DNA of 64,000 nt, taken from positions 60,140,001 to 60,204,000 of the forward strand of contig OX597832.1 of the NCBI GenBank assembly GCA_951406725.2, written 5' to 3'. The notes under the pieces are model-generated. The model had not been told where the DNA came from and ran no database searches. It saw only the letters and a program-made list of their open reading frames with translations. Shown piece after piece: positions 14,632-25,865 of the stretch. The translations under genes were made by a program, and so were the position numbers. How positions within the stretch are numbered: the stretch's first letter is position 1; each line of letters starts with the position of its first letter. This DNA is from Octopus vulgaris (Eukaryota).

Positions 14632-14840
14632 ATCTATTTACTACCCACAAGGGGCTAAACATAGAGGGGACAAACAAGGACAGACAAACGGATTAAATCG
14701 ATTACATCGACCCCAGTGCGAAACTGGTACTTATTTAATCGACCCCGAAAGGATGAAAGGCAAAGTCGACCTCGGCGGAATTTGAACTCAGAATGTAACC
14801 GCAGACGAAATACTGCTAAGCATTTCGCCCGGCGCGCGAA
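14632..14840 (-). mobile_element. SINE family A
   Basis: Reverse complement of family A, 5'-truncated. Confidence 0.85.
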
Positions 14841-14863
14841 ATATAATATATATAGACAGACAT

Positions 14864-15046
14864 AGGAGTGGCTGTGTGGTAAGTAGCTTGCTAACCAACC
14901 ACATGGTTCCGGGTTCAGTCCCACTGCGTGGCATCTTGGGCAAGTGTCTTCTGCTATAGCCCCGGGCCGACCAATGCCTTGTGAGTGGATTTGGTAGACG
15001 GAAACTGAAAGAAGCCTGTCGTATATATGTATATGTATGTATATAT

Positions 15047-15107
<61 letters not shown>

Positions 15108-15300
15108 TCCCCCTAGCATTGCATGACAACCGATGCTGGTGTGTTTACGTCCCCGTCACATAGCGGTTCGGCAAAAGAGACCGATAGAATAAGTAGTGGG
15201 CTTACAAAAAGAATAAGTCCCGGGGTCGATTTCCTCGACTAAAGGCGGTGCTCCAGCATGGCCGCAGTCAAATGACTGAAACAAGTAAAAGAGTAAAAGA

Positions 15301-15301
<1 letters not shown>
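14864..15301 (+). mobile_element. SINE family B, near full length
   Basis: ggagtggctgtgtggtaag head, internal (TG)n, tail (gtaaaaga)2. Confidence 0.88.
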
Positions 15302-15342
<41 letters not shown>

Positions 15343-15346
<4 letters not shown>

Positions 15347-16083
15347 TAAGCAATTAAGGGTTTAGCAACGAATTGCCTTACCGCACACCGAATTTAGAAA
15401 TAGCAGTCAAAGAGATTATAGCTATTTCTTCTACTAAAAGGGAGATCTCAGTAAAAACACAGCATTTGAAAGGCAAACACAAACAGGTAAGAGAGAATGA
15501 ATTAACGGCAATCTATCATACAGTTTTAAGTCACCTACGGACGTACGTTTCGAGATCAAGTCTTAGGAAAGCATAAGAATTAGATAATTCTACCTTACCC
15601 ATACTTCTTCTCTCATCAGCGCAGGATACAAACAATCATGAATGATTGTATATTGAATTTTGAGATACTAGAAGGCACCAACTCAACTCAGTATCAGAGC
15701 GAGCTAGAAGCCACAGCTAGTATCACCAAATTCAAAGTGTGAATGAAAGTTTGTGTCACCAGTCTTTTCCCACCCGCGTGTAGCCAAGACAAAGTGCTGT
15801 GGTCATTTACTGGGATGAATATGGTTATCAGTAACAATGAAGGGTGAAATTAATTAATTTGGAATAATTATCAATTACACCAAGTAGTCTTCGGCATGTA
15901 AAAGCCTCATTCGAGGAAAATTTAAGTAATACTAAGCAATTAAGGGTTTAGCAACGAATTGCCTTACCGCACACCGAATTTAGAAATAGCAGTCAAAGAG
16001 ATTATAGCTATTTCTTCTACTAAAAGGGAGATCTCAGTAAAAACACAGCATTTGAAAGGCAAACACAAACAGGTAAGAGAGAA

Positions 16084-16088
<5 letters not shown>
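15343..16088 (-). mobile_element. Retrozyme / Penelope-pLTR-like non-coding element: 586-nt unit with 160-bp direct terminal redundancy, inserted in (TA)n
   Basis: 15343-15502 appears identical to 15929-16088 (ORF track repeats MPYRTPNL... at 15373 and 15959); (TA)n on both flanks; contains canonical HHR. Confidence 0.8.
15534..15625 (-). ncRNA. Canonical type I hammerhead ribozyme with long stem II
   Basis: Minus strand CCTGCG-CTGATGA-GAGA...(extended hairpin)...TCTC-GAAA-C-GTAC-G-TC^CGTAGG; stem I 6 bp (one G.U), palindromic loop III, GUC cleavage between 15540/15539. Confidence 0.9.
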
Positions 16089-16130
<42 letters not shown>

Positions 16131-16133
<3 letters not shown>

Positions 16134-16405
16134 TTTTGTTTGTTCCTTCTCGAGCACCGCCTGGCTCATAGGGCCACTTTCCCGGTTTCCTTGGCGTATA
16201 GGTTCCCCACCTGGACGGGAGGCAAGTCTGTCGCAGGTGAGCCGCAAGATGCAGGAGGAAAGAGTGAGAGAAAGTTGTGGCGAAAGAGTCAGCAGAAGTT
16301 CGCCATTACCTTCTATCGGAGCCGCGTGGAAATTAGGTGTTTCGCTCATAAACACACACATCGCCCGGTCTGAGATTCGAACCCGCGATCCCTCTAGGCC
16401 ATGTG

Positions 16406-16408
<3 letters not shown>
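16131..16408 (-). mobile_element. SINE family C variant (V-domain-like 3' part)
   Basis: B box gggttcgaatctc; body shared with 18595 and 32647 copies; cctgcgacagacttgcctcccgtccagg segment. Confidence 0.75.
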
Positions 16409-16472
<64 letters not shown>

Positions 16473-16491
16473 GATATATATATATATATAT

Positions 16492-17123
16492 ATACATGCC
16501 TCACGCTAAGAGGGACATCAGTCATTTCTACCAAAAAATCATACCCAATGCAATTTTTCAAAGCAAGACATTTAAAAAAATGAATTTAGTCTTGTATCAC
16601 CTGTGATTTCGCACTTACCGCAGAGTTGCGACCATGCTCATCAGCAAGACTGATTCTGAACATATCATAAATAAACGACCAGTACCGTCAAAGTCGAACA
16701 GCCATCTGCTCTATTCCAACGAAGCACATGGAGAAGCTTACATATCATACATCCGGTAAATGGCGGGCTTCTTCGAATTGCATTTCGGGTAGGAAAAGTT
16801 TTTTCGGAATAAATTTAACAATTAAGGATAACTTCTTAATAAGGAATCTTAACAAGAAATTATCAGGTAGATAGCGTGAAAGACCTCATAAGAGAAAAAT
16901 TTCGAAAATAATTCTTTCTTATTGAACATATTAATTTATATATAGAGGGCATTATTATACATACATGCCTCATGTATGTATAATAATGCCCTCTATATAT
17001 AAATTAATATGTTCAATAAGAAAGAATTATTTTCGAAATTTTTCTCTTATGAGGTCTTTCACGCTATCTACCTGATAATTTCTTGTTAAGATTCCTTATT
17101 AAGAAGTTATCCTTAATTGTTAA

Positions 17124-17129
<6 letters not shown>
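16492..17129 (-). mobile_element. Retrozyme / Penelope-pLTR-like element: 469-nt unit, 12-nt redundancy, 159-bp perfect inverted repeat, inserted in (TA)n
   Basis: atacatgcctca at 16492 and 16961; arms 16809-16967 and 16971-17129 with 3-nt spacer; (TA)n on both flanks; canonical HHR inside. Confidence 0.8.
16588..16651 (-). ncRNA. Canonical type I hammerhead ribozyme
   Basis: Minus strand AGTCTTG-CTGATGA-GCAT-ggtcgcaactctgcggtaa-GTGC-GAAA-TCA-cagg-TGA-TA^CAAGACT; stem I 7 bp perfect; AUA triplet, cleavage between 16595/16594. Confidence 0.9.
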
Positions 17130-17173
<44 letters not shown>

Positions 17174-17484
17174 TTTATAAAACATACAATTGTTTCGGCA
17201 AACAGCCAGCATTATATAAATGCTGCTTGAAACATTATATAATCTTTTTAAAACTCCTCATCAGTGTTCACCAAAGAAGAGAATCAATAGTCTTAAAAGC
17301 TATATATATTCCTGTTATGCAAATTATCAACAACATCGCTGACGATACAAGTAGTAAGAGATAAACAAACAAATCACAGAAATTCAAAGCAATGCCTTCC
17401 TCCAAATCGAAGTAGGCCGATACTAACCATTTATTTCAGCCCCGCACTATTGCCAACATATACAATAGAGAGGAGGGAAGGGGA

Positions 17485-17530
<46 letters not shown>

Positions 17531-17624
17531 GAGAGAGAGAGAGAAATAAAAGAAGGGGAAGCAAGAAGTTTGTAACGAATGTCAGGTCTCTCTTATATCA
17601 TATTCACTATTTGAATCACTCAAA

Positions 17625-17770
17625 AAGGCGGCGAACTGGCAGAAACGTTAGCACGCAGTTCTGAGTTCAAATTCCGCCGAGGTCGATTTTGCGCACTGGG
17701 GTCGATCTAATCGACTGGCTCGGCTCCCTCCCTAAAAGTTTCGGGTCTTGTGCCTAGAGTAGAAAAGAAT
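17625..17770 (+). mobile_element. SINE family A, internally deleted (alternative tail)
   Basis: aaggcggcgaactggcagaaacgttagcacg...gagttcaaattccgccgaggtcga...gtgcctagagtagaaaag. Confidence 0.75.
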
Positions 17771-17889
17771 ATTTTAACCCCTAAATAAAAGAAATACGTT
17801 TGTGTCTATACGTTGCTTGATCTTGAGGTTTGAAGTGTCAAATGCTTTAATACTTCAGGCCTTGGTTATAAACTTCATGCTTACCCTCA

Positions 17890-18310
17890 CAAACACTACA
17901 ACTACCACTATACCACTACTACTGCTACTACAACCATTAAAAACACCACTACCACCACCATCACTATCACCATCACCACTACGACCATCACCACTATCAC
18001 TATTACTACCACCACCATCACTACCACCACCATCACTACCACCATCACCACTACCACCATCATCACCGCTACCACCATCACCACTACCACCACCACTAAC
18101 ACTACTACTACTACTACTAAAACCATTGCAATCACCACTGCCACTACCACAAGCACTGCCAATACTACCCCAAACGCAACTAACAGCATTAGTACTACCA
18201 CCACTACTACCACTACTACTAACACCGCTACCACCACAATCACCACCGTTCCCTTCACCATAACTATCACCAACACCACCAACACCACCACTATCACCGC
18301 TATTACCAAT
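17890..18310. repeat. Degenerate (ACC/ACT/ATC)n trinucleotide tract
   Basis: Direct reading; explains Pro-, Gly/Ser- and Val-rich ORFs. Confidence 0.85.
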
Positions 18311-18594
18311 TCTTTCTAAATCGGAGAACTTCGAAACATGGAACAATTTATAATTAGAAACGAGAAAATAATTCTTCACATTAATTAGATATTCCAACAT
18401 CAAAGCAAAATATATATTCAGCCGACTAACCGTTACCAAATATCGAACACACTGACGAGACAACACCTGGATAAGGCTAGGTTAGAAATAGCAGGTAAAT
18501 AATCGCTTCTACAGCAACACCTTACTGGTTTTATGGAACTTCTGTAGACATGTTCAGTGGTTGTACATCAACAACAACAACAACAGCAGCAGCG

Positions 18595-18785
18595 AAGGCG
18601 CAATGGCCCAGTGGTTAGGGCAGCGGACTCGCGGTCGTAAGAACGCGGTTTCAATTCCCAGACCGGCCATTGTGAGTGTTTATTGAGCAAAAACACCTAA
18701 GCTCCACGAGGCTTCGGCGGGGAGGGGTGGTGAACCCCGCTCTACTCTTTCACCACAACTTTCTCTCACTCTTTTTTCCTACTTC
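18595..18785 (+). mobile_element. SINE family C, 5' half
   Basis: aaggcgcaatggcccagtggttagggcagcggactcgcgg (tRNA-like A box), ggtttcaattcc B-box-like; matches 32650. Confidence 0.8.
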
Positions 18786-19084
18786 TGCCACAAAGCAGAG
18801 GAACCATGGTGTAACCTACTATGGTGTGGTAAACTTTCAGATCCCAGTCTAGATTGCGAATCCTCTGTACCCCAGGAGGGTTCAGCTCTCCACCCGTTAA
18901 AAGTCACCGTTTACGGAATGAGGATAACAACGTAGCTTTCGCGCCAGTGCAACCGCCAGTCTATCGCGTGTGGTAGAAGAAGAAGAAGAAGAAGAAGAAG
19001 AAGAAGAAGAAGAAGACAGCAGTTGCAACCACAACAAGAAGATTCGTTAATCTAGCGAAATGACATCGAATGAGTATAACAAAC

Positions 19085-19480
19085 CTTTATATTATAGGCA
19101 CACGGCCTGATATTTGAGGGGTGGGGCTAGTCAACTACATCCACCTCAGTATTCAACTGGTACTTAATTTATCGACCCCGAAAGGATAAAAGGCAAAGTT
19201 GACTTCGGCGGAATTTGAACTCGGAACGTAGCGACGGGCGAAATACCTATTTCTTTATTACCCACAAGGGGCTAAACACAGAAGGGACAAACAAGGATAG
19301 ACAAAGCGATTAAGTCGATTATATCGACCCCAGTGCGTAACTGGTACTTATTTAATCGACCCCGAAAGGATAAAAGGCAAAGTTGACTTCGGCGGAATTT
19401 GAACTCAGAACGTAGCGACGGGCGAAATACCGCTAAGCATTTCGTCCAGCGTGCTAACGATCCTCACAGCTTACCACCTT
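19085..19480 (-). mobile_element. SINE family A dimer with internally duplicated core and two different tails
   Basis: Core aactggtac...gaaatacc at ~19154-19247 and ~19338-19431. Confidence 0.85.
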
Positions 19481-19773
19481 GTTTGGATAAGTATAATAAT
19501 GGAAGTCAGGCAGGGTGCGTTTCTTGCTTCTGTGTAATATGTCTAGCATCTTGAGGTTTTCTGATGAGGTTATTTGTAGGCGTGGACGATATGTGCTGAC
19601 GCTCATAAGCATATCCACTTGTAAACTAGCCTGCGCATCTACAAGCATACACACACAGTCATGCATACACTCACACACACACATACACACACGCATCCAC
19701 ACGCAAGCAAACACACACACACAAACATATGCATGTTTGTTATACATGTATGTAAGGGAAAACAACTATATGG

Positions 19774-19819
<46 letters not shown>

Positions 19820-20357
19820 ATAACATACTTAATGTGTGTACACTGGCAGGCTTTTTTCGCCCCTTGTAGCACGTGTTCAGTGTCACCACCCACGCTAACA
19901 CACGCCTTCATTCCATCCTGGAATGCTTCATTGTGATTTTGCTTTTTTAAAAGGCTGCGCCCATCCTTAGTATGGAAGCACATAATAGAACTGCTAAAAA
20001 TCGGGTGATGCTTGTAGCTGAAGTTTTTCAAGGCGAGAAAAGGCCTTACACGGGACCATTCTCGCTCTCTCAACAACGAAATCTTTCCCCCTAACCGAAG
20101 AACTAGGCTCTACCATTGGACGGAAATGGAATCTAAGGTTTCTCACCAGACCTTTTCTAAACAAAGACTCAGGATGTTTCACTCCAAACTGCTTGTGACC
20201 GTTCACTCTGATAAGTTAATTCAACCGCTGATAGCCTTTGTTTTTCGATTTGCAGGGCGTTCAATGAAAACCACCCTTATTATCTATCAAGCAGGTTTCA
20301 TATAGTTGCCGATTTAGACGTTGACAAGCGGACAATGCGACTGGTTGTTATATTACT

Positions 20358-20590
20358 TATTTCTTTACTACCCACAAGGGGCTGAACATAGAGGGGACAA
20401 ACAAGGACAGACAAAGGGATTAAGTCGATTATATCGACCCCATTTCGTAACTGGTACTTAATTTATCGGCCCCGAAAGGATGAAAGGCAAAGTCGACCTC
20501 GGCGGAATTTGAACTCAGAACGTAACGGCAGACGATATACTGCTAAGCATTTCGCCCGGCATGCTAACGTTTCTGCCAGCTTGCCACCTT
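20358..20590 (-). mobile_element. SINE family A, full length with 16-bp TSD
   Basis: TSD tggttgttatattact at 20342-20357 and 20591-20606. Confidence 0.92.
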
Positions 20591-21126
20591 TGGTTGTTAT
20601 ATTACTGGCTTACATATTACCAGTAGCACTACCAGTAAACATAATAAACATCACTAGCTAGAGGCAAATACCGAAATGTATTCTAAGCGAAATAAACGAG
20701 AAGGAGATTAATTAACGAGGTACATTTTTGGCAACGCACTCGACCGTGCGCATCTGCACATGAAAAAGCACATCAACTATCTGTACAGAATCTCATCCAC
20801 CAGGGACCGATGCATGATGGGTCGAAACGATCGTAGTGATTAATAAAGAATCGCGTGAATTCTATTTTCTTGATCTTTCTTGCATACATATGTGTACGTA
20901 AGTGCGTCAGTGCGACAAAGTTCGCGTTTGCCGATGTAAACCGATACGGCCTGTATTTATATAAGAGTTTGCTTTGTAATATATTAAATAGGAATCGATT
21001 AGATAAATAGAAATGTCAATTGTTTCCTGGTTTTGCGAAGATCAATAAAAAAAAATCTCTCGAAAATGATTCCACCAATATGGCTGCTGTCCAATGACTG
21101 AAGGTTCTAAAAGGAGAAAAGCATAA

Positions 21127-21175
<49 letters not shown>

Positions 21176-22027
21176 GTTATGTAAATATATATATGTGTGT
21201 GTATGTATATATGTGCGTGTATGTGTATGTGTATATATATATATGTATATATGTAGTTGTGTGTATGTGTGGTAGTGTGTGTACTGAGTAACCTATGAAA
21301 GGTTATTGATCAGAATGTAAATCGTTAAAAACAATTTCCTTGTCTGAAAGAGAAAGAGAGAGAGAGAAAGAGAGAGAGAGAAAGAGAGAGAGAGAGAGTG
21401 GAAAAAAATATTTTTTCCAAAGATGGAAAATGTTCGTCTGACAAAAACAGTTCCTGCGAGACCAATTATATATATGGAACTTTGTAGGGTATTGTTAGTT
21501 TATGTGCGCGCGCGCGTACGTGCGTGCACACACGTATTTATATATGTGTGTGTGTGTGTACGCATATATATAGATGTATGAATACATGTATATATGTGAA
21601 TGTATATATATATATATACACATATATATACACGCACACACGCATGTATGTACACACATACATTCATATGTAAACGTATATGCACATATACATATAAATG
21701 TGTGTATGGTGTGTGTGTACGTGCATGTGTGTGTACGTGTGTGTGCGTGTGTAAAACATTGAAGTGTTGTAAAATTATGTACAAGTTTGTATATAAACAT
21801 GTCACAATTATTTTAAATATTTTGATATAGAGCTCAATGCTTAGTTAATAGTGAACCGATAAATTCTATCAAACAAAAATTAAAGTTGATTCCAGTTTCG
21901 CTTGACGGCTGGTTGGCCACGATAAACGGTATCAGTCAGCCGTCAGGCAAAACTCGATCTTACTGCTATTTTCTAAATTTAATAATCACAATATGTATAT
22001 ATGTATGTGTGTATCCTTGTGAATATA

Positions 22028-22742
22028 CGAGGGGAAGTCAAAAGTTATCTGCTCTTTTGCCTCAGCATATTTTTGTTATTGTCCCACTGCCTTCTGCGCA
22101 TGCGTGCTTATAGTTGGTACTGTTGTTGTCATGTGATAGAAGTTTGAGCCTAATCGCGCCATTTTTCTTTCTGGCTTCACAGTGTAAGTATGGCCGCTCC
22201 ACTAGCAATGTGCATCAAAGTAGAACAAAGAGCAGTGATCTCATTTCTCTGGAAAATGGGTCAACGATCAACAATGCAAGATACAGTTCTTTGCTGGCCA
22301 ACAAACTGAAGCCAGTAATTTGCAACAAAAGCCGAAGCCTATTGTCGAAGAAAGCTTTGTTGTTGCATGACAATGTACGCCCATACACGACCGTCCAGAC
22401 CGTTGAAACCATTAACCAATTGGGTTTTGAGATGCTGGTGCATCCTGTCCACGGCCCAGATCTCGCCCATTCAGACTATCATATCTTTGGATCGCTCAAA
22501 GATAGTTTACGAGGTCATCGATTTCCTATGGATGAAGATGTGAAGGAAGCGGTGCATAAATAGTTGTGTGACTGACCAAATACCTTCTTCTTGGAGGGAA
22601 TACGCAAGCTTGTGGACCCCTGGACCAAGTGCATCGAAAAGGAAGGAGACTGTATAGAAAAATGAGGTACTTGTTTATCCCCGGCTTTTGGGGGAATACA
22701 TTAAAAAAAACAAGAGTGAGTATAATTTTTGACTCGCCCTCG
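22028..22742 (+). mobile_element. Internally deleted mariner (DD34D) transposon with TIRs and TA TSD
   Basis: TA|cgaggggaagtcaaaagttat ... ataatttttgactcgccctcg|TA; translation LLLHDNVRPY...HPVHGPDLAHSDYHIF with 34 residues between the two D; stops and deletion present. Confidence 0.92.
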
Positions 22743-22796
22743 TATATCTACGCACACATGGAAGTTTATATGTAGGTTCGATAAGTACCGGAACAT

Positions 22797-23212
22797 GATC
22801 TTTTGCTGGTTTCAATCATTAGACTGTGGCCATGCTGGGGCGCTGCCTTGAAGAATTTTTAGTCAAATGAATCAACACCAGTACATTCTGTGTAAACCTG
22901 GAACTAATTCTATTGATTTCTTTTGCCGAACAGCTGTTTTACGGCGACGTAAACGCACAAACACCGACTGCCAATCGTTGGGAAGATAAACACAGACAAA
23001 ATCACATATACGTATATATTTATGTGTGTGTGTATGAATGGTTGTGTGTGTGTGTGTTTACGACGGATTTCTTTCAGTTTCGTCTACCAAAACCACTCGG
23101 CCCGGGGCTATAATAGAGGCCACTTGCCCAAGGAGGTGCCACGCAGTGGAACTGAACCTGGAACCATGTTGCTAAGAAGTAAGTTTCTTACTACACAGCC
23201 ATGCCTGCGCCT
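22797..23212 (-). mobile_element. SINE family B, older copy
   Basis: ggtgccacgcagtggaactgaacctggaaccatg...cacagccatgcctgcgcc; internal (TG)n. Confidence 0.8.
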
Positions 23213-23691
23213 ATCTGTATGTTCACATATTACAATTTTGTTGACTGTAACATCGAAAAATAATTTAGTATCATCTGTGATTTAAAACCTGTTTAAGTTC
23301 CGGATATGAAACATTGGGTTCTAGAAAGACAACATAGGTTTTATCAAAAATAACAGTTGTTCCAGCGTCACCCTGTATTGAATACTAATTTTTCTAGTTT
23401 GTTGCTAACGTATGAATCGAAGTTATGAGACCTTGCACTGGCACTGATCTCTCGGAGCACAGTTCCGGGTAGCCGAAACAACTGGGGTCGATTCGCTCGA
23501 CTAAGTTTGTGTAAGTTGGTACCCCAACATGGCTGCCGGCCAGTGACTGAACGAATAAAAGATACATACATATGAATGTGTGTGCGTGTGTGTATACATA
23601 TATGCTTGTATAATTGGTTTCAACACAGTTTTCATTTACCAAATCCCATTCACAAAGTATTAAGTCTTTGGTCTTGATATAATACAGATAT

Positions 23692-24076
23692 AGGATGAAA
23701 GGCAAAGACGACCTCAGCGGAATTTGAACTCAGAACATAAAGAGAGACGAAATGCCGCCAGGCTAACGAGTCCTCCAGCTTGCCGCCTTAAAGAATTTTT
23801 TTTCCACTCTAGACCCGAAATTTGGTGGGAAGGGGCCAGTCGATTAGATCGATCCAGTACACAACTGGTATTTAATTTATCGACCCCGCAATGATGACAA
23901 ACGGATTAAATCGATTATATCGACCCCAGTGCGTAACTGGTACTTAATTTATCGACCCCGAAAGGATGAAAGGCAAAGTCGACCTCGGTGAAATTTGAAC
24001 TCAGAAAGTAACGGCAGACGAAATGCCGCTAAGAATTTCGCCCGGCGTGCTAACGTTTCTGCCCGCTCGCCGCCTT
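23692..24076 (-). mobile_element. Cluster of SINE family A pieces (three partial cores)
   Basis: aggatgaaaggcaaag...gaatttgaactcag at ~23692 and ~23963; aactggta.ttaatttatcgacccc twice. Confidence 0.8.
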
Positions 24077-25069
24077 CCTTCAATATGGTTAACTGGACCA
24101 AATATCGTCCTAAGAGTTCCGAGTTAATTTAGATGAACGGAAACAGTAAGGAATCCTCGTCTTTTGATTGTAAACTTAATCTTTTTAATCGATTTAACAC
24201 TTCTATAGACACCTGTGTTACCCTTAATAAAGTCCTCTCCCCTCTGTTTCAAAAACCCAAGCCACTTTCCAGATCAGAGAAAGACACAGCATAATATGAT
24301 ACGGATTATCTCCCTTCTTCTCCTACTAGGTCGTACTACCTTCCTTCTGTTCCACTATCATAAAGTTTTGGTGGCTCTACACAGAGCAAAGTCGGGGGTC
24401 AAGGACCGTGTCTTTCTATCTCTGATGATGCTAAATATAAACTGAAACTAACAATAACACTTTATCAGACGCCATGTTATATGTTTTTTTCTTGTTGCCG
24501 CCATATCTTGTGTTTCTTTTCTGTTTTTTGGGGGGGTTTTTTTCTTATTTATTTGTTGTGTTTTTTTTTTTCTGAAAAAATAGTTTCCAGATAAATGTTA
24601 CGCCAAAAAAAAAAGAAGTAGCGCTTTTGTATCCGGATGTTTACCAACAACAACAACAACAATAGCAACAACAACTGCTGAAACAATCACCACAATCACA
24701 GCAACATCTCTATCACCAACACCACCGCCGTCACCACCACAACCACCACAACCGCCACAACACCACCAGCACCAACACCAACAACAACTCTTTTGTATTC
24801 ACGTTCCAATGTTGTTTATTTTTTTGTGTGTATATTTAAACTTTATTTATTTATAATATTTGATTTATTTACTTTTCTTTATATTTATTTATTGTTTATT
24901 ATTTTAACCAGAAATTCTGCTTGTTGCGGCAGCTACTGCGTTACGATAAGAAGAGAGTTGTTGTTGCTGTTGTTGTTGTTGTTGCTGCTGCTGCTAAATG
25001 TTCTTTTGTTCTTGTGACTGTGTCTGTGTTGGTATTGTTGTTGTTGCTGCTGTTTTTTGCTCTTAATTG

Positions 25070-25865
25070 CAATGATCGTGGTGGTGGTGGTGGTGGTGGT
25101 GGTGGTGGTGACGGCGGTGGCGGCGGTGGTGGTGGTGGTGGTGAGCGTAATAATGATGATAATAATGATGATGGTGATAATAGTGAAGATGGTGGTGTTG
25201 GTGGTGATAGTCATGGTTGTAGAGCTGGTCGGTAATGGTGGTCATTGTGGTCATGGTGGCGCTGGTGACGACGACGACGACGATGATGATGATGATGATG
25301 GTTGTGGTGGTGGTGATGGTGGTGGTGGGGGTTTTGGTGGTGGTGGTGAGCGTAATGATAAGGATGACGATAATGATGGTGGTGGTGGTGGTGGTGATGG
25401 TGATAATCATAATTAATTTGTAGAGTTGGTCATGGTAGTAGTGGTGTTTAATGTTGGTCAAGGTGGCGCTAGTGACAATGATGATGATGATGGTTGTGGT
25501 AGTCATGGTGGTAGTGGTGGTGGTGGTGGTAGTGGTGGTTGTGGAGGTGGTGGTGGTAGTGGTGGTGGTTGTAGTGGTGGTGGTGGTGGTGGTGGTGGTG
25601 GTGATAACAGTGGACCTGGTGCCGTTGATGATAGTGGTAATGATGATAACGATAGTGTTGCTGCTGCTGCTGCTGCTGCTGAAAATGAAGCTGAATATGA
25701 TGAGAAGGAGGAGGATAAGGCTGATGATGAGGATGGTGGTGATGATGATGATGATGACGACGACGACAACGACGACGACGACAATGACGACGACGATGAT
25801 CATCATCATCACTGTCATCATCATGGTCATGGTGTCGGTAGGGATGATGGTCGTGATGGCGAGGA
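25070..25865. repeat. Degenerate (GGT/GAT/GAC)n tract with higher-order duplication
   Basis: Linkers gagcgtaat.at.a.gat and gtagag.tggtc...ggtggcgct.gtgac recur twice, about 180-200 bp apart. Confidence 0.8.

Noticed and set aside
15373-16171. Duplicated MPYRTPNL... ORFs as a gene pair
   Set aside because: They arise from the 160-bp terminal redundancy, start at TTG, are short, and lie opposite the ribozyme strand
17802-18466. Pro-rich extensin-like and Gly/Ser-rich ORFs
   Set aside because: Degenerate (ACC)n tract
19840-20340. GC-richer unique island as a possible exon
   Set aside because: Stops in the frames examined and no recognisable motif
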